A stretch of DNA of 64,000 nt from the NCBI GenBank assembly GCA_965242965.1, contig OZ251518.1, forward strand, positions 3,680,001-3,744,000. Reading direction: 5' to 3'. Position 1 is the first letter of the stretch. Every line of letters begins with the position of its first letter. A program made the position numbers and the translations under genes. The notes beneath the pieces were generated by a model that saw nothing but the letters and a program-made list of their open reading frames with translations, was not told the DNA's origin and did not search any database. Positions 41,613-50,317 of this stretch are shown here, piece after piece. The stretch is from Candidatus Poribacteria bacterium (GTDB taxonomy: Bacteria; Poribacteria; WGA-4E; WGA-3G).

Positions 41613-41712
41613 TGTTTACGTTTCCGTGGGGGGATGCTCGCGGGGGACAGGCCCCCGCGCTACGGAGGTGGCCGGCGTTTGTGCCATGCCGTAGTTTCCA
41701 AGATATGAAAAT

Positions 41713-42765
41713 ATGAAAACCATCGTTTTTGAAAAAATCGGACAGCTGCGCATCCAAGAGAAGCCTATCCCCACACTTGACGCGGGCGATGTGCTCATCC
41801 AAATGGAATTGTGCGGCATCTGTGCATCCGATCTTGCCGCTCTCCGAGGCGATGTCTCCGACTACGCACCGCCTGTTGTTATGGGACATGAACTCGCCGG
41901 ATTCATCGTGGAGAGCCGACACCCCGATGTCAAAGTCGGCGAGAAGGTTACCGTTAACCCGATGCTCTCTTGCGGCGTTTGCACGCATTGCAAAAATGAC
42001 CGGGGTAAATACTGCGACACCATTGAAGGCATCGGGCATGACATTGACGGCGGCTATGCGGAATATATCCGCATGCCAAAGCACGGTGTGGATACCGGTA
42101 AACTCATTCGCGTGCCGGAAACTATGCCTGCAGCGGAGTTGCTGTTCTTGGAACCCCTCGGCTGTTGTATCAATGCGATGCAGGAGACTTTGGGGGATAG
42201 TCCTCGCGTGCAGACAGGCGCGCCTACGGGTGCAGTCGCAATCCTCGGCGCGGGGCCGATAGGCTTGATGTTAACGCAACTCGCCAAACGCCGCGGTTTA
42301 GCAACTTACGTGCTGGAACCGCTCGCGCACCGCAGAACCGTCGCCGAAGAAGTCGGTGCAGATGCGACGTTCAGCATTGCCGCTGACGATGTCGCGCACC
42401 TCCGGGACATCACTGATGGCGGCGTGGACACCGTCATCTCCGCGACGACGAACAACGCCGCCGCCATCGCGCTCGCTTTTGACGTGGCGCGGCGAGGCGG
42501 ATGCATCAACTTCTTCGGGCTCGCCCCGGAAGGACAGGAACTCCGCATTAACTTAGAACAATTCCATTACGATGGACATAAACTGATGGCATCGTGGGCA
42601 TTTTCACGCGCAAGCCTTGAGGCATCGCGGCAGTTGTTAATCGAGAAGGCGTTAAATTTCGCGCCGCTGTTAACTGCGCGGTTCCCGATTGAGAAAGGCT
42701 TAGAGGCGTTTGATACTGCAGCGGCACATCAGGGGGTGAAGACTGCGGTGCATGGATGCCCTTGA
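41713..42765 (+). CDS. Zn-dependent (MDR) alcohol/sugar dehydrogenase
   Basis: CGICASD, GHE, C..C..C structural Zn site, GAGPIG. Confidence 0.9.
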   Translation: MKTIVFEKIGQLRIQEKPIPTLDAGDVLIQMELCGICASDLAALRGDVSDYAPPVVMGHELAGFIVESRHPDVKVGEKVTVNPMLSCGVCTHCKNDRGKYCDTIEGIGHDIDGGYAEYIRMPKHGVDTGKLIRVPETMPAAELLFLEPLGCCINAMQETLGDSPRVQTGAPTGAVAILGAGPIGLMLTQLAKRRGLATYVLEPLAHRRTVAEEVGADATFSIAADDVAHLRDITDGGVDTVISATTNNAAAIALAFDVARRGGCINFFGLAPEGQELRINLEQFHYDGHKLMASWAFSRASLEASRQLLIEKALNFAPLLTARFPIEKGLEAFDTAAAHQGVKTAVHGCP

Positions 42766-42950
42766 TTTCTTCGCATTATTCGTGTATAATTGAGGGTGTT
42801 TGTCGAGACCGGGAGGTCTCTCCTACCGGGGTGCATCGAGACCGAGGTCTCTCCTACGTTAATCCGATGTCTATAAGGAGGTAAGAACTCACAGCGTGAG
42901 TTCTGCCTGGTCTGGGAACGCTATTCAATACCACCAGGCAAAACAAAACC

Positions 42951-43796
42951 ATGATTCTTGGCGCGCATGTATCAACAGCCGGCGGTTTACACAACGCCAT
43001 CAAAAACGGCGATAAACTCCGCTGTGACGTGATACAAATTTTTCTGCAAAATCCAAACCAGTGGAAGCCGAAACCCATCGGGACAGATGGCATCGAAAAG
43101 TTCAAGGCGGCGTGGTGTGAATCGCCGATTCGCGAAGTAGTGGCGCATGATATCCACTTGAGCAATCTCGCCTCGCCGAAACCTGACGTATTGACCAAAT
43201 CGCGCGAGCAATTTCGGGCACAGCTGGAATTAGCGGCGCAGCTCGGCATCAGCGGCATCGTCACACACCTCGGCGCGCACCTCGGTGAAGGCGAATCTGT
43301 CGGTTTGAAGCGGCTGACAGAAAGTTTTGACGAACTCTTTGAGACTTCCGATGCGCCGGCAGTCACTGTGCTACTTGAAACCACCGCTGGGCAAGGGACA
43401 AACCTCGGCTACCGGTTTGAGCACCTGCGCGATGTGATTGCGATGTCCCGGTATCCGGCGCGATTCGGTGTCTGCTTTGACACGTGTCACGTCTTCGCCG
43501 CCGGTTACGATATGCGCACGGAGGCGGATTGCGAGGCAGTCTTTGCGGAGTTTGACGCGGTTATCGGCTTGGAACGGTTGCAGGCGTTTCATCTCAACGA
43601 CGCGAAATCGGAATATGAGAGCCGCGTGGACAGGCATGCGCACATCGGCGAAGGCAACATCGGTTCGGAGGCGTTCGCGTTCATCGTCAACGATGCCCGT
43701 TTTGCTGAGGTGCCGCTCATCATTGAAACGCCGGAGCTGAAAACGATGCATGAGGTGAATCTTGCAACCTTGCGTAGGTTAGCAGGCGTTTCATGA
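42951..43796 (+). CDS. nfo: Endonuclease IV
   Basis: GAHVS, ETTAGQG, CFDTCH, HLND, DRHAHIGEG, ETP. Confidence 0.93.
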   Translation: MILGAHVSTAGGLHNAIKNGDKLRCDVIQIFLQNPNQWKPKPIGTDGIEKFKAAWCESPIREVVAHDIHLSNLASPKPDVLTKSREQFRAQLELAAQLGISGIVTHLGAHLGEGESVGLKRLTESFDELFETSDAPAVTVLLETTAGQGTNLGYRFEHLRDVIAMSRYPARFGVCFDTCHVFAAGYDMRTEADCEAVFAEFDAVIGLERLQAFHLNDAKSEYESRVDRHAHIGEGNIGSEAFAFIVNDARFAEVPLIIETPELKTMHEVNLATLRRLAGVS

Positions 43797-43818
43797 CCCT
43801 GCACGATGTCTTCAAATG

Positions 43819-43954
43819 CACCGTAGGTTGAGGGCCTGTCCCTCAACATGCCGCAAATTAATAAAATGCACCGTAGGTTGAGGGCCTGTCCCTCAACAGG
43901 CCGCGATGAGTTAACATCCACCGTAGGTTGAGGGCCTGTCCCTCAACAGGCCGC
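43819..43954 (+). repeat. Three direct copies of a REP variant with exact 50-bp period
   Basis: CACCGTAGGTTGAGGGCCTGTCCCTCAACA at 43819, 43869, 43919. Confidence 0.9.
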
Positions 43955-44023
43955 AATCCAATCTAAGTGATAACGGTAAAATAAAAAAGGTTAAGGCACA
44001 TAAGCATCGTCGGAGAACAAAAG

Positions 44024-44209
44024 ATGCGTATCGGTTTTTGGGAAGTTGCATTCCTACTCATCCTCTTTTTCGGGATAATCCTTATCTCGCGCATCGTTAC
44101 CCATTTTCAAACGAAGCGCGTCTGTCCAAACTGCGGTTTGGCGATTCGGACAGCCGCGCGGCGGTGCCCTGAATGTGACCGTAAATTTCCCCAGAAGGTA
44201 TCAACATGA
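44024..44209 (+). CDS. Small membrane protein with zinc ribbon
   Basis: N-terminal TM helix, CPNC...CPEC; GGAGA SD. Confidence 0.6.
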   Translation: MRIGFWEVAFLLILFFGIILISRIVTHFQTKRVCPNCGLAIRTAARRCPECDRKFPQKVST

Positions 44210-44412
44210 CAAAGTTAAAACTCAAAATCAACGGCATGTCCTGTCAGCACTGCGTCAAAACGGTGACAGATGCCTTGACAGAAGTGGAAGGCGTTCAGCG
44301 CGTCAAAGTCAATCTGCGAAAAGGCGAAGCCACCTTGCGCTTTGACGAGACGCGCGCCACGACTGCACACCTCACAGCGGCAATAACGGATGCTGGTTTT
44401 GAGGTAGTATAG
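44206..44412 (+). CDS. copZ: Heavy-metal-binding (HMA) copper chaperone
   Basis: GMSCQHC motif, 68 aa. Confidence 0.8.
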   Translation: MTKLKLKINGMSCQHCVKTVTDALTEVEGVQRVKVNLRKGEATLRFDETRATTAHLTAAITDAGFEVV

Positions 44413-44608
44413 AAACGCTCACCGTTCTGATTTCTCTCGCGCAGCCCACCTCTGTAGTTCGGGAGCGCCTGCTCCCGATCGGGGCCGGATCAGGTAATCT
44501 TGCCCTACAGGTGTGATGCGATCTGCCAGCAAAACGCATGGCGAGGGCCTGTCCCCCGCTTTCTTTCTCGCAGAGCTAGACATCAACAACCGCTAGGAAC
44601 AACCAAAA

Positions 44609-45910
44609 ATGGACACGGCTAAAATCGAAGTCAAAGCAGGCAACGGCGGCAACGGATGCATCAGTTTCCGTCGCGAAAAATATGTGCCGCGCGGTGGCCC
44701 CGATGGTGGCAACGGTGGCAACGGTGGCGATGTCATTTTCGTTGCAACCCTAGGCATGAGCACCCTCATCGATCTTCGGCATAACCCACGTCAAGTTGCC
44801 GGGAACGGCGCGCACGGCACCGGCAAACAGCGCGATGGCGCGGATGGCACAGATTGCATCGTCAAAGTCCCTGTCGGCACCATTGTGAGAACGGTGGACA
44901 CCGAGGCTGTCCTCGCCGATTTGACGGTGCCTGAACAGCGCGTTGTCGCTGCACGCGGCGGCATCGGTGGCAAAGGCAATGCTCGCTTTAAGAGCAGCAC
45001 GTTCCGAACCCCGCGCGTCGCCGAGAGAGGTGAGCCGGGGGAGGAGCGTGAGATAGGGCTTGAGGTGAAACTCATCGCCGATGTCGGGTTAGTTGGGTAT
45101 CCGAACGCCGGCAAGTCGACGTTATTGGCGCGGACTTCGGCTGCCACACCGAAAATTGCCGCGTATCCGTTCACCACGTTGCGTCCCAACTTAGGCGTTG
45201 TCCGCATCAATCGCGAGCAGAATTTTGTCCTCGCCGACATTCCGGGATTGATAGAGGGCGCGCATCAAGGCGCGGGGCTCGGACATCAATTTTTGCGCCA
45301 CATTGAACGGACAAAGATGCTGATTCACGTGCTTGACGTTAGCGCGACTGACGGCCGCGAACCGATTGCCGATTATGAACAACTGAACCTTGAGTTGGGA
45401 CGCTACACCCCATCGCATTCAGAAGAGCACGCCTTCCGGAAGTTATCAGAACTGCCGCAACTCATCGCCTTAAATAAAATAGATATGCCGGCATCGGCGG
45501 CGAATGTGGCACGTGTGCAGGCGTATTTCGGCAGGAGGCCGGTGTTTCCCATCTCTGCAATCACGGGTGAAGGCGTGAATCGCCTGATGCACCAAGCGTA
45601 TCGTTCGCTGCAGCATCTGGAGGAGCGTGCGCGCGCTGAAGCGGAAGCCACGATTGCGTTTGAACCAGAGGAGCCGCCAACACCTCGCGAGCGCTTTGAA
45701 CTCCTTCAAACAGGCGATAGGTTTGTTATCAAGGGTGCCGAACCGCGGCGCGCCGTGCTCATGACAGATATGGAGAACGAGCAAGCGTTGATTCTGCTCT
45801 ATCGGAAATTGAAAAAGATGGGTGTGATGAATGCCCTCCACCGCGCCGGCGCGGTGGAAGGAGACACCGTCCAAATTGATGAATTTGAGTTCACATACAC
45901 CCCCAAATAA
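44609..45910 (+). CDS. obgE: GTPase Obg
   Basis: FRREKYVPRGGPDGG, GYPNAGKST, YPFTT, DIPG, NKID. Confidence 0.96.
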   Translation: MDTAKIEVKAGNGGNGCISFRREKYVPRGGPDGGNGGNGGDVIFVATLGMSTLIDLRHNPRQVAGNGAHGTGKQRDGADGTDCIVKVPVGTIVRTVDTEAVLADLTVPEQRVVAARGGIGGKGNARFKSSTFRTPRVAERGEPGEEREIGLEVKLIADVGLVGYPNAGKSTLLARTSAATPKIAAYPFTTLRPNLGVVRINREQNFVLADIPGLIEGAHQGAGLGHQFLRHIERTKMLIHVLDVSATDGREPIADYEQLNLELGRYTPSHSEEHAFRKLSELPQLIALNKIDMPASAANVARVQAYFGRRPVFPISAITGEGVNRLMHQAYRSLQHLEERARAEAEATIAFEPEEPPTPRERFELLQTGDRFVIKGAEPRRAVLMTDMENEQALILLYRKLKKMGVMNALHRAGAVEGDTVQIDEFEFTYTPK

Positions 45911-46010
45911 GGTTTGCACCGTAAAAGTTTAGTCCAGGCGCGTCGTCATTGACAGATTGACAGATTAACAGATTGACAGCATCACTGATGGATTTGGGAA
46001 GGAGATAGGA

Positions 46011-47180
46011 TTGCACCAAGAACGTATACGAACGCTTGGCGATGTCCAAAAAATCGTGGTGAAGGTGGGCAGTAGCACGCTTTCAGATGGCGCGCACCTC
46101 AACGAAGCCGCCCTTGATGGGCTCGTCCACGACTTGGCGATTGTCAAACAAGATGGAGTGGAGGTAATCCTTGTCACATCGGGTGCGATTGCGGCGGGGT
46201 GGCCCCAACTCGGTTTTCGGCAACGTCCGCAAACGTTACCAGGGTTGCAAGCGGCTGCCGCTGTCGGACAGATTCGGCTGATGTCGGCATACGAGGAGCG
46301 GTTTCGTCATTATGGACAACGCGCCGCGCTGCTGCTGCTCACACAAGACGATTTCTCCGATAGGAAACGCTATATTCGCATGAGCGACACCCTCCGGACG
46401 CTGCTCCACCTCGGGGCAATTCCGATTATCAACGAGAACGATACCGTCGCCGTGGACGAAATCAAAGTCGGCGATAACGATACGTTGTCTGCCTACGTAA
46501 CGAACCTCGCCGAGGCGCAGCTCCTCGTCATTTTGTCAGACCAGGCGGGGTTTTATACCGCCGATCCGCGGGTGCATCCGGATACGAAACTGATTGATAC
46601 TGTCTCGGCGATATCGGCGGAGATGTGGACAGCCGCCGGGAGTGCAGGCACGAGTGTCGGCACAGGCGGCATGCTGACGAAACTGCGCGCCGCCGAGATT
46701 GTCACCGGTTCCGGTGAAATGATGGTGCTGGCTGATGGCAAGGAACCGCTCGCTGTGACACGCATCTTGAAAGGCGAACGCCTCGGCACGCTGTTTCTGC
46801 CGCAAGCCCGAATCACTAGCAAGAAACGGTGGATTGCCTATTCGCGCCCGCCGAAAGGTAGGCTATTCGTTGATAACGGCGCGCACGATGCACTCGTGCA
46901 AGGCGGAAAAAGTCTGCTGCCTGTCGGCATCCGCCGCGTTGAGGGGCATTTTGACTATGGCGACACCGTCTCCTGTTTCACCGATGATAATGCCTCTTCG
47001 CGCGTAGGAGAGCTCCCGCAATCTCGATGGGGACGCGAGTTCGCGCGCGGGCTGGTGAACTATAATTCAACACAAACGGCGCAACTCGCTGGCAAACAGA
47101 CGAAGGATATTGATAAAATCCTCGGCTACCGCGATTACGATGAGATTATCCACCGTGATAACCTTGTCTTATTGGATTGA
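46011..47180 (+). CDS. proB: Glutamate 5-kinase with PUA domain
   Basis: VVKVGSS, INENDTV, GDND, GTGGM.TK, IHRDNLV. Confidence 0.95.
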   Translation: MHQERIRTLGDVQKIVVKVGSSTLSDGAHLNEAALDGLVHDLAIVKQDGVEVILVTSGAIAAGWPQLGFRQRPQTLPGLQAAAAVGQIRLMSAYEERFRHYGQRAALLLLTQDDFSDRKRYIRMSDTLRTLLHLGAIPIINENDTVAVDEIKVGDNDTLSAYVTNLAEAQLLVILSDQAGFYTADPRVHPDTKLIDTVSAISAEMWTAAGSAGTSVGTGGMLTKLRAAEIVTGSGEMMVLADGKEPLAVTRILKGERLGTLFLPQARITSKKRWIAYSRPPKGRLFVDNGAHDALVQGGKSLLPVGIRRVEGHFDYGDTVSCFTDDNASSRVGELPQSRWGREFARGLVNYNSTQTAQLAGKQTKDIDKILGYRDYDEIIHRDNLVLLD

Positions 47181-47311
47181 TGCCAAATGCGGTGAGATGT
47201 GTTCGCGGGTAAAAATAAAAATCAGTTGCATGTTTCCTTGTTTTCGGGTAAAATATTGTAAAAGGAGCACTCCGAACTTCGTATTGGAGAGTTTCTGAAG
47301 GAGTTAGTTCA

Positions 47312-47755
47312 ATGCTGCAGAAACGTGGCATCTATCAGCAAATTGTGCGAGTCCTAGAGAGCCATGGTGGACTGATACTATCACACATCGCTATCTTTTT
47401 CTTCTATGGCTATCTGTTTCTCGCACACTGGAAACCCAACAGCGGGCTGGTGAAATTACTGCAAGCGCATGGCAGCACTGCACAAGTTGTCTCGATTGCA
47501 GCTATTTTGACAGGCGCATTGCTTATATGGTGGGGTGAAAAAGTGTTATTTCGTTTGAAGGAGCGTGAGGAGTTGGAGCACCTAAGACATCTCGTCGCCG
47601 AATTGAAACCGCTGACTGCAAGAGTCGCTCTTCTGGAACAACAGAACGCCGAGAAGGACGCGCGTCTTGCCGAGAAGGACGCGCGCATCGCCCAATTGGA
47701 GAACCAGAAGGCACCGTCGCAGCCGGCGCAGCAATCAGAAACGCTGCCAAGTTAA
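47312..47755 (+). CDS. Hypothetical two-TM protein with coiled-coil tail
   Basis: AAGGAG SD; two hydrophobic helices; AEKDARL/I heptads. Confidence 0.55.
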   Translation: MLQKRGIYQQIVRVLESHGGLILSHIAIFFFYGYLFLAHWKPNSGLVKLLQAHGSTAQVVSIAAILTGALLIWWGEKVLFRLKEREELEHLRHLVAELKPLTARVALLEQQNAEKDARLAEKDARIAQLENQKAPSQPAQQSETLPS

Positions 47756-48002
47756 ACGCACCGGCGGCTTATTTACCGCGGCGCGTAATAACGAAGGTGC
47801 AGTGCGCCTCTTCAGGTCCGTTAGGCACTTCATTGAACAGCGAACATGCAGATGTCAGGACCCATTAAGGTGCTAAAAGCCCTCGGGGTTCTCGGACGTC
47901 TGCCGTGCTCTAGTTATTGGGCTGGCGGACCCAAAGAGGCGTTTTGAGGCGCATTTCAAAACATCCTCAGTTAAAAGCGAGGGTGAAAAGGGAGGTGAAA
48001 AA

Positions 48003-48311
48003 GTGTTATTTCGTTTGAAGGAGCGTGAGGAGTTGGAGCACCTAAGACATCTCGTCGCCGAGTTGGAACGGCTGCCTGCAAAAGTCGCTCTTCTGGAACA
48101 ACATAACGCCGAGTTGGAACGGCTGGCTGCAAAAATCGCTCTTCTGGAACTACAGAATGCCGAGAAGGATGCGCGCATTGCCGAGAAGGATGCGCGCATC
48201 GCCGAGAAAGACGCGCGCATTGCCGAGAAGGATGCGCGCATCGCCCAATTGATAGCGCGCATCGCCCAATTGGAAAACCAGAAGGCACTGGCGCAGCCGA
48301 AGCAACAATAG
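48003..48311 (+). CDS. Partial duplicate of the preceding coiled-coil tail with expanded 21-bp repeats (possibly a fragment)
   Basis: DNA nearly identical to ~47533-47720; four AEKDARI repeats; GGAGG upstream of GTG. Confidence 0.45.
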   Translation: MLFRLKEREELEHLRHLVAELERLPAKVALLEQHNAELERLAAKIALLELQNAEKDARIAEKDARIAEKDARIAEKDARIAQLIARIAQLENQKALAQPKQQ

Positions 48312-48372
48312 GAACACCGGCGCGGTAAACGCTCAGGCATGTTTACCTTAGCGGATACTAACGGAGGCAGCC

Positions 48373-48942
48373 ATGGCAACTGCTGCAGCATACGCCTACC
48401 TGACACAGGAAGAATACCTTGCCTTTGAACGCGCGGCGGACATCAAACACGAATACTGCAACGGGCAGCTCTACGCGATGTCCGGTGCCAGCCGCGCCCA
48501 TAACCTAATCTCTGGCAATATATTTGGTGAACTCCGCGCGCAATTAAAAGGGCGGACGTGCGAAGTTTATATGAGCGAGATGCGGGTGCTCGTTGATGCG
48601 GCTCGCTCGTATCGGTATCCTGATGTGGTTGTCGCTTGTGATGTCCCCCGTTTTCAGGATGATGTCTTTGATACGCTGCTCAACCCAACCGTGATTGTCG
48701 AGGTGCTTTCTCAGTCTACGGAAGCACGCGACCGGGGTGAGAAATTCGCCGAGTATGCACAGTTAGTTTCGCTGCGCGAATACATCCTCGTTGCGCAAAA
48801 AGCGGTGCATGTCGAACATTATTTGCGTCAAGGCACGCAGTGGATATCGCGCGAATGCTGGGACTTGGACGCGGTGCTGCAGTTGGAGTCAATCAACTGC
48901 GCGCTGCCTTTACGCGACATTTACGAACGATTAAACTTGTAG
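48373..48942 (+). CDS. Uma2-family PD-(D/E)XK endonuclease
   Basis: EEYLAFE, MSGAS..HN, YPDVVV, VIVEVLS.ST..DRGEK. Confidence 0.88.
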   Translation: MATAAAYAYLTQEEYLAFERAADIKHEYCNGQLYAMSGASRAHNLISGNIFGELRAQLKGRTCEVYMSEMRVLVDAARSYRYPDVVVACDVPRFQDDVFDTLLNPTVIVEVLSQSTEARDRGEKFAEYAQLVSLREYILVAQKAVHVEHYLRQGTQWISRECWDLDAVLQLESINCALPLRDIYERLNL

Positions 48943-48976
48943 GCGAGACCTCCCAGTCTCAATTGTAGGAGAATCA

Positions 48977-50236
48977 ATGAGCGAAAACATTCAACAAACC
49001 ATCCAATCTAAAGCACAAAAGGCGAAAGCCGCGATGCGCGTCTTATCGCGCAGCTCCGCCGATGTGCGAAATAACGCACTGCTAGCGATGGCAGAAAATG
49101 TGAAAAACGCCACAGACGAAATTCAGATGGCAAACCGCATTGATTTGGAGAACGGTGAGAAAACAGGACTCGCCGCGCCACTCATGCAGCGGCTGCTGCT
49201 TGACGACAAGAAAATCGACCGGATGGTGGACAACCTGCGGCAAGTCGCCGCACTCCCAGATCCGATTGGTTCTATCATCAGCATGGGTGAACGGCCGAAT
49301 GGCCTCAACATCGGCACCATCCGTGTGCCTATCGGCGTAGTCGCGGTGGTGTATGAGTCGCGGCCCGATGTCACCGTGGAAGTCTCGGCACTTTGCATAA
49401 AATCTGGGAACGGCGTTATCCTGCGGGGCGGTTCGGAGGCGATTCATTCCAATACGACACTCGCGCGCATTCTCAGTGAGACTGCTGCCGCCGAAGGCAT
49501 CCCCGGTCCGATTCAGTTCGTGGAGACGACGGATAGACAGGCGGTGCATGAACTGATTCGCCTGCCGGCGTTCATCGATCTGGTTATTCCGCGCGGTAGC
49601 AACGAATTCGTCCAATTCCTGATGCGTAAATCGGATATCCCGGTGCTTGGCCATGCGGACGGCATCTGTCATATTTACGTTGACAAAGCCGCCGACCTGG
49701 GTATGGCCGCCGACATCACCATGAATGCGAAAGTCGGTTACAAAGTCGGTGTCTGCAATGCGGTAGAGACGCTGCTCGTCCACGAGGCAGTCGCCGAGGA
49801 ATTTCTGCCGGTTATCGGGAACCAGTTGCGCGATGCGAATGTTGAGGTGCGCGGATGCGAACGGACGCAGCAGCTCCTTCCGGATGCTATCCCCGCAACG
49901 GAAACCGATTGGCGCACCGAATACCTTGACTATATCCTCTCCGTGCGCGTTGTCGACAGCCTTGACACCGCGGTGGAGCACATCGAGACTTACGGTTCGC
50001 ATCATTCGGATGCCATCATCACCGAGAGTTATTCCGCCTCGCAACGCTTCCTGAAGGAGGTGGATTCCGCCGCTGTCTATGTCAACGCCAGCACCGTGTT
50101 CACAGATGGTTATGAATTCGGGCTCGGTGCCGAAGTGGGCATTAGCACCCAGAAACTCCACTCCCGCGGCCCGATGGGGCTTGAGGGTTTGACAAGTTAT
50201 AAGTATATTATTTACGGGGATGGACAGGTGCGGTAG
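48977..50236 (+). CDS. proA: Gamma-glutamyl phosphate reductase
   Basis: YESRP, LRGGSEA, IPRG, CNAVETLL, NAST.FTDG, STQKLHSRGPMGL. Confidence 0.96.
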   Translation: MSENIQQTIQSKAQKAKAAMRVLSRSSADVRNNALLAMAENVKNATDEIQMANRIDLENGEKTGLAAPLMQRLLLDDKKIDRMVDNLRQVAALPDPIGSIISMGERPNGLNIGTIRVPIGVVAVVYESRPDVTVEVSALCIKSGNGVILRGGSEAIHSNTTLARILSETAAAEGIPGPIQFVETTDRQAVHELIRLPAFIDLVIPRGSNEFVQFLMRKSDIPVLGHADGICHIYVDKAADLGMAADITMNAKVGYKVGVCNAVETLLVHEAVAEEFLPVIGNQLRDANVEVRGCERTQQLLPDAIPATETDWRTEYLDYILSVRVVDSLDTAVEHIETYGSHHSDAIITESYSASQRFLKEVDSAAVYVNASTVFTDGYEFGLGAEVGISTQKLHSRGPMGLEGLTSYKYIIYGDGQVR

Positions 50237-50317
50237 TAGAAACGGGCGCGCCTATAAGTTGATGGGATACCGGATAACCTCATCGAAACCCGCGAAAAAC
50301 AACCACGGAGGACAGAC

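Noticed and set aside
43819-43954. CRISPR array
   Set aside because: Spacers are only ~14 bp, the repeat is a variant of the ubiquitous GTAG REP, and there are no cas genes or leader
45405-45445. Possible palindrome-derived insert (TPSHSEEHAFRK) in obgE
   Set aside because: Looks like an extra segment with a weak hairpin but lacks GTAG and matches no repeat in this window
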